From contig DASRFC010000065.1 in assembly GCA_035651835.1 (NCBI GenBank), forward strand, positions 11,736 to 75,735: a DNA stretch of 64,000 nucleotides, read 5' to 3'. The position numbers and the translations under genes were made by a program. This document shows, one piece after another, positions 44,891 to 53,055 of the stretch (within the stretch, counting starts at the first letter, position 1; each line of letters opens with the position of its first letter). This DNA comes from Terriglobales bacterium (GTDB lineage: Bacteria > Acidobacteriota > Terriglobia > Terriglobales > Acidobacteriaceae). The notes beneath the pieces are model-generated. The model searched no databases. It was not told where the DNA came from and saw nothing but the letters and a program-made list of their open reading frames with translations.

Positions 44891-46297
44891 CTAATGCACT
44901 TCTAACGAGTACTCCTTCAGCTTGCGATAGAGCGTCGTCTTGCCAATACCCAAAAGCCTCGCAGCCAAAAGTTTGTCTCCGTTAAGTTGGGTAATGGTAT
45001 TCAGAATTGTCTGCTTTTCCAGCTCCGACATAGGAAGAATCTTGGATGTGCCATCCCCGGCAGGCATGCTGGCCTCTGATCCGTTAATGGCGCTCGGAAG
45101 GTCCGATATCTGGATCGCCGGACCGCTGGTTAGTGCACAAGCACGTTCTAAACAGTTCTCGAGTTCCCGCACGTTACCCGGCCAGTCATAGGCCAGCATG
45201 GCTTTTAAGGCAGCATCGCTCAGCGTCCGTTCCTGTCCTGAGGCACGTGACATCCTTTCCAGAAAATATCCCGCCAGTAATGGGATATCTTGCCGCCGTT
45301 CGCGCAGAGCCGGAATTCGAAGGCTCAGGACATTGAGCCGGAAATACAAATCACGCCTGAAAGTTCCCTGCGCCACAGCCTGCTCAAGATCCCGATTCGT
45401 AGCCGCCAGGATTCTGACATTGATCTGAATGCGTTTCGTGCTCCCAACCGGGCGAATCTCTTTTTCTTGAATGGCCCGCAAAAGCTTGGCTTGCAAATCG
45501 ATAGGCAGTTCTCCAACTTCATCGAGAAACACCGTCCCACCCTCGGCGATGGCGAGAAGTCCTTCCTTCGATTGCACCGCACCTGTAAAAGCACCTTTGA
45601 CATATCCGAAAAGTTCGCTTTCTATCAAAGTCGGCACCAGAGAGCCACAATCTACCGGGATGAATGGTTTGTCGCGAAAAGGCCCTGAGAAGTGGATCGC
45701 CCGGGCCACCATTTCCTTGCCCGTTCCGCTCTCTCCCAGCACCAGAACCGGATGAGTGCTGTGAGCGGCTTTCGCTATGATCCGGTACAACTTGTCCATC
45801 TCTGGCGCACGGCCTACTATGCTGCCGAAGCCCTGCTTGGATTTGATCTTCTCTCGCAGAATGCGGTTTTCGGTTTTCAGTTTTAAATGCCCAGATACAC
45901 GCTGTAACAGCAGCTTTAACTCATCCATGCTGAAGGGTTTAGTGACGAAGTCATAGGCGCCGTTCTTCATGGCTTGTACCGCCGATTGCACAGTGCCATA
46001 GCCGGTCACGACGATGACTTCCGTATCCGGCCGTTTCTGCCGGATTTGGTGCAAGGCTTCCAGGCCGCCCGCGCCGGGCAACTTCAAATCGAGCAATAGT
46101 ACGTCGATATTTTGCGAATCCAGCAGCCGGAAGGCCTGTTCGGCCGAGTCAGCCACCGAAGTGTTAAAACCCAGCGATTGAGCCACTTCGCGGCATACCT
46201 CGCGGATAGAACGTTCGTCGTCCACAATCATAAGATTGAGAAAGTTTGCCGCTTCCAACTGAGGCATACTCGGCGTCATAGCAACTGCGGTGGTCAT
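44891..46297 (-). CDS. sigma-54-dependent response regulator (NtrC family: REC-AAA+-Fis HTH)
   Basis: 468 aa. The motifs are LMIVDDE...LLLDLKLPG...DFVTKPF (receiver), GESGTGKEMVARAIH, ESELFGYVKGAFTGA, WPGNVRELEN and the HTH AARLLGIGKTTLYRKLKEY. Confidence 0.92.
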   Translation of the reverse strand: MTTAVAMTPSMPQLEAANFLNLMIVDDERSIREVCREVAQSLGFNTSVADSAEQAFRLLDSQNIDVLLLDLKLPGAGGLEALHQIRQKRPDTEVIVVTGYGTVQSAVQAMKNGAYDFVTKPFSMDELKLLLQRVSGHLKLKTENRILREKIKSKQGFGSIVGRAPEMDKLYRIIAKAAHSTHPVLVLGESGTGKEMVARAIHFSGPFRDKPFIPVDCGSLVPTLIESELFGYVKGAFTGAVQSKEGLLAIAEGGTVFLDEVGELPIDLQAKLLRAIQEKEIRPVGSTKRIQINVRILAATNRDLEQAVAQGTFRRDLYFRLNVLSLRIPALRERRQDIPLLAGYFLERMSRASGQERTLSDAALKAMLAYDWPGNVRELENCLERACALTSGPAIQISDLPSAINGSEASMPAGDGTSKILPMSELEKQTILNTITQLNGDKLLAARLLGIGKTTLYRKLKEYSLEVH

Positions 46298-46309
46298 AAA
46301 TAAACCTCT

Positions 46310-47278
46310 TCATTGATCGAATTCGTGAGAATCATTTTGGTGCGGAAATTCCCTCGGTTGCGCGGCTTCAGCAGGTAAGTCAAAAGCAAACCGGGGAAGG
46401 TGAATAATGATGCGCGTACCTTTTCCTAATTCACTCTCCACCTGAATAGTTCCCCCGTGCTGGGTGACAATCTTGCGTACAGTCGCCAGACCAAGACCAC
46501 TTCCCTTCCCCGGCGGTTTTGTAGTGTAAAAGGGTTCAAAAATGCGAGCACGGGTCTTCGAATCCATGCCGGACCCTGTATCGGCTACACTGAACTCGAG
46601 AAAGCCTCTCTCGATGACTTTTAGATCGTTCGAATCCACCATGTATTCGCTGTAATTGCGCGTTGCCATCGTAATTCGGCCACCATTAGGCATGGCGTCG
46701 CGCGCGTTCAAGACCAGATTAAGGATCAGTTGCTGAACCTGAGCCCCATTCATCTTGACAGGCTCGAGATCGCTCGCAAGTTCGGTCACAAGCTGAATGT
46801 TTTCTCCGATCAGGCGTTCCAGAAGATTACGGAATTCCAAGATCGCATCATTCAGGGATAAAAGTTCGGGTTTCGCAACTTGTTCCAACACGAAACTCAT
46901 TAATTGTTGCGTCAGAGCCGATCCATGATCGGTAGCTTTGCGGATTTCTTCCGCATATTGCTGCAACCGTTTGTCGCGTTCCGGATTGCTGCTTTCTAAA
47001 TCGGTACGGTTCAGAGTGGCACTGAGTAGATCGGAATAAAGCCGTATTCCGGTGAGTAAATTATTGAAGTCATGGGCCACACTGCTCACTAGCCTTCCTA
47101 GTGCCTCCATCTTTTGTGACCGTTCTGCCTGGAGTCCTGCCTCGCTTTGCGGACAAGGTTTTTCAAAGTCTGCTGGAAGCTGCGCAATCGCCGATGTGAC
47201 TTGTCGTTGCAAAACTTCTCCTACTTCGGGAGCTGCTTGGTAAAAGCGGTTTCGAATCAGGACTTCACTAAAGTGCAA
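46310..47278 (-). CDS. soluble histidine kinase (HisKA + HATPase_c, no TM or recognisable sensor domain)
   Basis: 322 aa. It has the H-box LVSSVAHDFNNLLTGI, the N-box LVLNARDAMP, the G1 box VADTGSGM and the G2 box GKGSGLGLA. Only ~55 residues precede the DHp. It ends 12 nt before the regulator gene. Confidence 0.88.
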   Translation of the reverse strand: MHFSEVLIRNRFYQAAPEVGEVLQRQVTSAIAQLPADFEKPCPQSEAGLQAERSQKMEALGRLVSSVAHDFNNLLTGIRLYSDLLSATLNRTDLESSNPERDKRLQQYAEEIRKATDHGSALTQQLMSFVLEQVAKPELLSLNDAILEFRNLLERLIGENIQLVTELASDLEPVKMNGAQVQQLILNLVLNARDAMPNGGRITMATRNYSEYMVDSNDLKVIERGFLEFSVADTGSGMDSKTRARIFEPFYTTKPPGKGSGLGLATVRKIVTQHGGTIQVESELGKGTRIIIHLPRFAFDLPAEAAQPREFPHQNDSHEFDQ

Positions 47279-47460
47279 CTCCCTATTTGGGAAGTCTAGA
47301 GAAATTGGGTAGGAGTGCTAAGGGCAGTGGTCACAACTCAGTTGTCAAAAATGAATCTTCCGCCTGTGGAAAAGCCTGCCAGCCGCATTTACTTTTCTCC
47401 AAGGGCGTGGTAAGAAAACCCAGGTCCCAATGGCGCATGACTGCTATCGAAATTTTCGCC

Positions 47461-47494
47461 AAAAAAACGAAGAAGCGGGTCACCGCTCCTTCGT
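47461..47494 (-). terminator. intrinsic terminator of the BNR-repeat gene
   Basis: On the minus strand, acgaaggagcgg-tgac-ccgcttcttcgt forms a 12-bp stem including one G-U pair. It is followed by ttttttt and lies 36 nt after the stop at 47530. Confidence 0.75.
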
Positions 47495-47529
47495 TTCAAG
47501 TTTAGAGTTTTGTTGTGATTCGAACTGCT

Positions 47530-49536
47530 TTAGTTCGAGCCAATACTTGCGTTCGCGTTCTCGCTTTCGTTTTCGGGTTGCACGATCACGCCATCAAACG
47601 GAGTCGCCGCCATATAGCGCCCATGTACAACGCTAATGCGGCGCATTGGGTAGCCTGAGTCAGGACCACGGTGCCAAGTGCGTCCGCTGTCGCTGCTCTG
47701 AAACACAACGCCTGTTTCCGTGCTGGTGGCGAGCAGGCGCCTGCCCTGTTCGTCGTAGGAAACTGAGCTGATGTTTTTGTCTGGAATTCCATTCAGCAAA
47801 TGATGCCAGGTTGCACCATTGTCAGCGCTTTCAAAGGCGCCTTCGCGCGATGCAATGATGATCTGGGAATCAGGAGTAATCGTCACTCCACGAATGCTGG
47901 TGACATAAGACGACGCAAGACTGGACTGCTGCCATGTCGTTCCTGCATCTTTTGAAACCAGTACAGTTGTATGGGTTGCAGCCGCTATAATTGAATCATT
48001 GCTTTGTACGGAACTGAATTCCGTATTGCCAAGCACTGGGCCGCCGCTCCAGCTTTTTCCATGGTTGGAACTGCTGAACAAACCAGCCGATGTCGCTGCC
48101 CACCAGCGGTTTGAAGCAACCTGAAGGTCATTTACCCGGCCTTCGATAACCGAGCGAGTGACTGTTTTGGTGGAAACGGCTTTCTTGCTTCCCTTGACCC
48201 GGTGCATCGAAACTTTTTCGTTGATGACAGTGTTAGCTGGTTGCCATTCGTTAGCATTATGCGCTAGCACAAAGATACCGCGGTTAGTTCCGGCCACGAG
48301 TTCGCCATTAGCCGTTTGCTTCAGAGTGAATACATCCTGGCCTTTTAGTCCGGCACTCTTCTGCATCCAGTGCTGTCCGCCATCGTGGGAAGCGTAGACG
48401 CCACCAAATTCCTGATCGTTCACGGTGCCAACGAAGATGTTATTAGGATCATTCTTGTCCGCAACAATCGAAGTCACATAACGATGTGTATATCCGTGGT
48501 TCGACGATGCCAACGTTTGCGTCCCGTCATCGCTCGCTAACACTCCACCACGATCGGTCGCCAATAAGACGCGGGCGGAATTTCGCGGATCGATCGAGAC
48601 ATCGTTCACTACCACTTCCGGGCTGCTCATAAGTTTCCATGATTTACCCAAGTCGGTGGTCTTCCACAAGCCTTCCGTAGTTCCCGCATAAACTGTATCG
48701 GGATTGCTGGGATCTTGTTTCAGAACGCGCGTGCGACGGGCTGTAAACGGAATTCCCTGTATTTTCTTGAACAGCTCGCCGGCTGTTTCGCTCTTATAAA
48801 TTCCGGAGCAAGCGCTGGCGAAAACAACTGAAGGATTCGCGGAATCCACGATGATCGAAAAGACATCCGAATCATCGATCATTCCTTTGTTAATGTGCTC
48901 CCAATTTGCGCCAGCATCCGGCGTCTTCCACGCGAGATGCCAGGTCCCCGCATAAATCACCTTCGGATCTTTTGGATCGATGGCAATCGACTCAACATTC
49001 TTTACTTCCTGGCTGGCCGGGGAAATACGGTCCCAAGTTTCACCCCCATCCGAAGTGCGAAATACACCGTCCAGAGCACCTGCGGCTAAAACATTTGGAT
49101 TGGAGGCGGAAATAGCTAATGCCCGCACCGATTCTCCATGCATTCTCGGCAGAGCTTCCCAAGTTTTGCCGCCATCGTGCGAACGGTAGATTTCACCAGC
49201 CTTCTGGTTTTCTACACTCCATACCGCCACGAACATCGTGTTGGGATTCTGCGGATCGAAAACGATGTGGTCAACTACGTAGTTATCGCCTTGACCGAGA
49301 TGAGCGAAACGCGACCAGCTATGGCCGCCGTCTTTAGATTGAAAGATCGTCCCTGTACTCGTGCCCAGAAAAACGTGATCCGGATTGCGCGGATCAGAGC
49401 TCAAACTACGAGCATCTCCGCCGTCAGGTCCCAAAACCGTCCATTGACCGGCCCACAGTGTCGCTGTACAAAACATCATGACACATAACAAAATCATAGA
49501 TTTACGAGAAACCCATCGTTTGGTGATCAAATTCAT
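47530..49536 (-). CDS. secreted BNR/Asp-box repeat double-propeller protein (sortilin/Vps10 or GH74-like, Ycf48-like)
   Basis: Track ORF 47530..49605, trimmed to Met24 before the signal-like MNLITKRWVSRKSMILLCVMMFCTATLWA. It has ten SxDxGxTW-type boxes, including SKDGGHSW, SHDGGKTW, TSDGGETW, TTDLGKSW, SHDGGQHW, SKDAGTTW, SADNGATW and SSDSGRTW. Confidence 0.75.
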   Translation of the reverse strand: MNLITKRWVSRKSMILLCVMMFCTATLWAGQWTVLGPDGGDARSLSSDPRNPDHVFLGTSTGTIFQSKDGGHSWSRFAHLGQGDNYVVDHIVFDPQNPNTMFVAVWSVENQKAGEIYRSHDGGKTWEALPRMHGESVRALAISASNPNVLAAGALDGVFRTSDGGETWDRISPASQEVKNVESIAIDPKDPKVIYAGTWHLAWKTPDAGANWEHINKGMIDDSDVFSIIVDSANPSVVFASACSGIYKSETAGELFKKIQGIPFTARRTRVLKQDPSNPDTVYAGTTEGLWKTTDLGKSWKLMSSPEVVVNDVSIDPRNSARVLLATDRGGVLASDDGTQTLASSNHGYTHRYVTSIVADKNDPNNIFVGTVNDQEFGGVYASHDGGQHWMQKSAGLKGQDVFTLKQTANGELVAGTNRGIFVLAHNANEWQPANTVINEKVSMHRVKGSKKAVSTKTVTRSVIEGRVNDLQVASNRWWAATSAGLFSSSNHGKSWSGGPVLGNTEFSSVQSNDSIIAAATHTTVLVSKDAGTTWQQSSLASSYVTSIRGVTITPDSQIIIASREGAFESADNGATWHHLLNGIPDKNISSVSYDEQGRRLLATSTETGVVFQSSDSGRTWHRGPDSGYPMRRISVVHGRYMAATPFDGVIVQPENESENANASIGSN

Positions 49537-49627
49537 AAGCAGCCTTACCCCTTTTGGCAAAGATATGCCTGTCGGGGCCCAGAGTGACAGCCTAGCACTT
49601 CTCAATCAAGTTACTTAAGGGATGACG

Positions 49628-49659
49628 AAAAAAAGCCGGTCGAGAGATCCCGACCGGCT
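49628..49659 (-). terminator. intrinsic terminator of the OmpA-like gene
   Basis: On the minus strand, gccggtcg-ggatctct-cgaccggc forms a perfect 8-bp stem. It is followed by ttttttt and lies 27 nt after the stop at 49686. Confidence 0.8.
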
Positions 49660-49685
49660 CTTTGGTTAGCCCTACAGACATATGT

Positions 49686-51305
49686 CTATTGAGCTTTAGC
49701 AGGCTTCTTTTTTGCAGCCGCATGTGGATGATCGGGAATGGCCTTCACCTTCGGGCTGACAGGTTCAGTGCCTTCGCCCGAGAACGAAGCTCCAGCTGGA
49801 ACTACCCAGAAATCAGCAGTCTTGGTGCCGCCGTTTCCTGTCCGCGTTTCAATGCGGCTCGGGTCAATTCCCTGCCTGGCCTCGCCGCCCGTTAGATAAG
49901 CTTTGGCATTGACAGCCCGTTCTGCTGCCAAATTCTTACGCTTCTCTTTCGGATCGGCATTGCCGACGATTACCAACTTGTTATCTGCATTCTGCTGCAA
50001 GTTTTTCGCGACATCGTCGAGAATCGCTTTGCAAGTATTGTCCACACGCCACGGTTTGGCCGGGTTCGGGTAATCGCAACTGCTCAACTTACTGGCAGTT
50101 GGCGGCGGTGGTGGAGGAGGAGGAGGATTCTCTATCGTCACCTGCGTTGTCGCCGGTGTGCTCAACCCACGTTGATCACTGCAGCTTGCGTTTACCGTAA
50201 CGGTACCCGGTGAAGCGCCTTCTGTATTCAGAGTCGCGGAATTTCCGCTTCCAGTGATATTTCCTCCGGTAGCTGTCCATCCACTAACCGTGACGGGAAC
50301 GTTGTCCGGACTGGTACAAGTGCAGGAGACATTTACTGTCCCGCCAGCTTGCACGGTTGTTGGATTAGCCGAGCAGGAGAACGTCGGGGGATTCTTCGGA
50401 ACTTCCTTCAGAGTGAAATTTGTTGAGGCGCTTGCCTCGTTGTTCTTCTTCGCCTTGGGGTCGACAACATGCACAGTGACGGTGCATGTCCCGGCCGCAG
50501 CGCCATTCGTGTCAATGGAGGCAGTTGTATCTTTTCCATTGATCTTGCCGCAGGTACTGGTCCAGTTATAAGTCAAGGTGTGCTTGGGGTTGAAATTGGT
50601 TCCGCTGGCGGTTGCAGTAACCGGCTCACCCACCATAACCTCGGTCGGCTGTACGCTTACCGAAGCTGCTGGGGTTGCGATTTCCGGGAATCCAAAATTA
50701 AAGACTAACCCGGTACGCAGCCGAACACCCTGGAGCGAGGGACGGCGCAAATCGGGGAATTCTGGTGCCGCGTAGTTTGCATAATTGTGCCGCGCCCAAA
50801 CATAATCAGCTTCGAACAACCGGAAGTAAATTCGACGACTGAATTTCAAATCCATGCCGCCGCCGAGAATTGCGCCAATACCGTTGCTGGGCGTTAATCC
50901 ATCGATTGCCAGACGGTTGTAGCTGACCAGGGTATGCAGAAAATAATTTGTAGTATCTGTCCTCACGATAAAACGCGGGCCAACCGAGCCGGTGGTTTCA
51001 TAGTGATCCCAATTGTGTCCAAAATCACCTTCGAGTCCCCAGTGCGGATCAAAGTTGTAGGTGAATGCGGCGCCGAATCCGGCAGGCATATCGGGGATCT
51101 TGAATGGAGTTGGGGAGCTGAAGTTACCGAAAGGAGCCGGAACGTTGCCACCAGGATGAAGCCATTGGTAGCCAACAAAAAGATCATACTTCGGGGTCTC
51201 TGCATCTTGCGCAAACATGCTTGACGAGAGCAGACTTATCGCTAGCGTCAATAATATGGCTGCGTGTAGCACACGCCAATTGCGTACAGTCGAACAAGCT
51301 AACAT
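49686..51305 (-). CDS. outer-membrane protein: N-terminal beta-barrel, Ig-like repeats, poly-Pro linker, C-terminal OmpA-like domain
   Basis: 539 aa. It has a signal peptide and a barrel-like region with alternating aromatic residues (GAAFTYNFDPHWGLEGDFGHNW). Two T/S-rich Ig-like segments and PPPPPPPPP follow. The OmpA-like tail reads LVIVGNADPKEKRKNLAAERAVNAKAYL. Confidence 0.78.
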   Translation of the reverse strand: MLACSTVRNWRVLHAAILLTLAISLLSSSMFAQDAETPKYDLFVGYQWLHPGGNVPAPFGNFSSPTPFKIPDMPAGFGAAFTYNFDPHWGLEGDFGHNWDHYETTGSVGPRFIVRTDTTNYFLHTLVSYNRLAIDGLTPSNGIGAILGGGMDLKFSRRIYFRLFEADYVWARHNYANYAAPEFPDLRRPSLQGVRLRTGLVFNFGFPEIATPAASVSVQPTEVMVGEPVTATASGTNFNPKHTLTYNWTSTCGKINGKDTTASIDTNGAAAGTCTVTVHVVDPKAKKNNEASASTNFTLKEVPKNPPTFSCSANPTTVQAGGTVNVSCTCTSPDNVPVTVSGWTATGGNITGSGNSATLNTEGASPGTVTVNASCSDQRGLSTPATTQVTIENPPPPPPPPPTASKLSSCDYPNPAKPWRVDNTCKAILDDVAKNLQQNADNKLVIVGNADPKEKRKNLAAERAVNAKAYLTGGEARQGIDPSRIETRTGNGGTKTADFWVVPAGASFSGEGTEPVSPKVKAIPDHPHAAAKKKPAKAQ

Positions 51306-51577
51306 TTAACTTCCTCCGGGAATTCTGGTGGCCATGGGATTAGGACTGCAGGGCCTGCACAGCTACGTTCTCTCCGACGCTGGATGCGATTGACTCGCAA
51401 CCTAATTATTGGAAATTCATCGGACGTACAATCTTACTTGCGGGTTGCTTCACTGACAAGGGCTGATCAATAAAGTGTGATCGTAAAAACGCGCATATCT
51501 CAAGTTGATACAGTTTGTTAAGATTCAACTATTCAGAATCATAGATTGTCGAAACAGTTGAGCTTTCCAAGAAAATT

Positions 51578-53014
51578 ATGAGCCAGGAAAAAGTACTGAT
51601 CGTAGAAGATGAAGTAAATGAACGCACCGGTTTGGCAGAACTGATTTCCGCGTGGGGCTATCGCACCGACACGGCGGCTGACGGAGTTGAAGGCTATGAA
51701 AAAATCACGAACTGGTCGCCGTCCATTGTAGTGACAGATCTGAAAATGCCTCGTATGGGAGGGCTTGAACTGCTTGATCGCCTCTCTTCGACAAGTCAAA
51801 CCGTCGCAGTGGTTGTAGTGACTGCCCAGGGCACAATCGATAGCGCCGTCCAAGCAATGCGCATGGGCGCTTATGACTATGTGACAAAACCGATTGACAC
51901 TAGCCGCTTAAAGACAATCCTGCAAAATGCGGCAGCGCTCCTGGGGACAAAAGCAGAGCTCGAGATCACTAGGCGAAAACTGCGCGATGCCGGATCTCTC
52001 GGTACGTTGATTGGTCCGTCTAAAAAAATGCAGGAAATCTTCCGCCTTATTGAAATGGTCGCACCCAGCACAGCATCAGTACTTATTACAGGGGCAAGTG
52101 GTACCGGAAAGGAACTCGTTGCGCGCACTACTCATGAACTTAGCTCACGACGCAACAAGCCTTTTGTGGCAATTAATTGTGCCGCTATCCCAGAGACTCT
52201 GATCGAAAGCGAAATCTTCGGCCACGAAAAGGGAGCCTTCACGGGAGCAGTCGAACGGCGTACGGGATGTTTTGAATTAGCAGAGGGCGGGACTTTGTTG
52301 TTGGACGAAATCGGTGAGATGCCAATTGCCACGCAGGCCAAGCTCCTGCGTGTCCTTGAGGATCGGAAACTGCGAAGGCTCGGAAGCAAGGTTGAAACGA
52401 CCGTTGATGTCCGCGTACTCGCTGCTACCAATAAGGTCCCCGAGGAAGCTGTCGCGCGCGGCGAACTGCGCAATGATTTGTATTATCGATTAAATGTTTT
52501 CAACATCCACATGCCTCCTTTGCGGGAGCACAAAGAGGATATTCCAGAACTGGTGCAGTCGCTGCTCAACGATATGAGCAGTAAACACGATCGCAGAGTG
52601 GCTACTGTAAGCGAAGCTGTACTTAATTTATTTCGAAACTACGCATGGCCCGGAAACGTCCGTGAATTACGCAATACGCTCGAACGCGCGGTGATCGTTT
52701 GCGATGGAGCTGTTATTGAAACCAGACACCTGCCACCGGGTTTCGGGCAGACTACAATTCGGACTTCGTCCGATGACCCAGATGCAATCCGCTTAAGTGT
52801 TGGCACAACCGTGGGGGAGGCCGAAAAACTCCTAATCCTCAAAACACTTGAGTCAACTAATAACAACAAAACCAGAGCTGCCGAGATTCTTGCGATCAGT
52901 TTAAAAACGCTGCATAACAAACTGAAGGAATACGGGAGCGCCGCAGCAGCCGAAGCTGCTGATAAAGAAATGGAAGTAGAAAAAGATATGGAAAAAGAAG
53001 AGGAGCCCACGTAG
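51578..53014 (+). CDS. sigma-54-dependent response regulator (NtrC/AtoC family)
   Basis: 478 aa. The motifs are VLIVEDE...VVTDLKMPRMGG...DYVTKPI, GASGTGKELVARTTH, ESEIFGHEKGAFTGA, WPGNVRELRN and the HTH AAEILAISLKTLHNKLKEY. It ends in an acidic tail. Confidence 0.92.
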   Translation: MSQEKVLIVEDEVNERTGLAELISAWGYRTDTAADGVEGYEKITNWSPSIVVTDLKMPRMGGLELLDRLSSTSQTVAVVVVTAQGTIDSAVQAMRMGAYDYVTKPIDTSRLKTILQNAAALLGTKAELEITRRKLRDAGSLGTLIGPSKKMQEIFRLIEMVAPSTASVLITGASGTGKELVARTTHELSSRRNKPFVAINCAAIPETLIESEIFGHEKGAFTGAVERRTGCFELAEGGTLLLDEIGEMPIATQAKLLRVLEDRKLRRLGSKVETTVDVRVLAATNKVPEEAVARGELRNDLYYRLNVFNIHMPPLREHKEDIPELVQSLLNDMSSKHDRRVATVSEAVLNLFRNYAWPGNVRELRNTLERAVIVCDGAVIETRHLPPGFGQTTIRTSSDDPDAIRLSVGTTVGEAEKLLILKTLESTNNNKTRAAEILAISLKTLHNKLKEYGSAAAAEAADKEMEVEKDMEKEEEPT

Positions 53015-53055
53015 TAAAAGTTAGTTCGTTAGGTGTAGCAGTGTCACTGTAGATA

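Noticed and set aside
49556-49570. aGGCAT-atctt-TGCC on the minus strand as a sigma-54 promoter for the BNR-repeat gene
   Set aside because: It has the same 9-nt GG-GC spacing defect. It would also lie only ~20 nt from the preferred start codon (49536), or inside the ORF if the long start (49605) is used.
50096-50128. A GGN/GGA-rich simple DNA repeat in the OmpA-like gene (and a similar tract near 30545-30570 in the VWA gene)
   Set aside because: These are simply the coding sequence of poly-proline linkers (PPPPPPPPP, PPPPPPPERP), not independent repeat elements.
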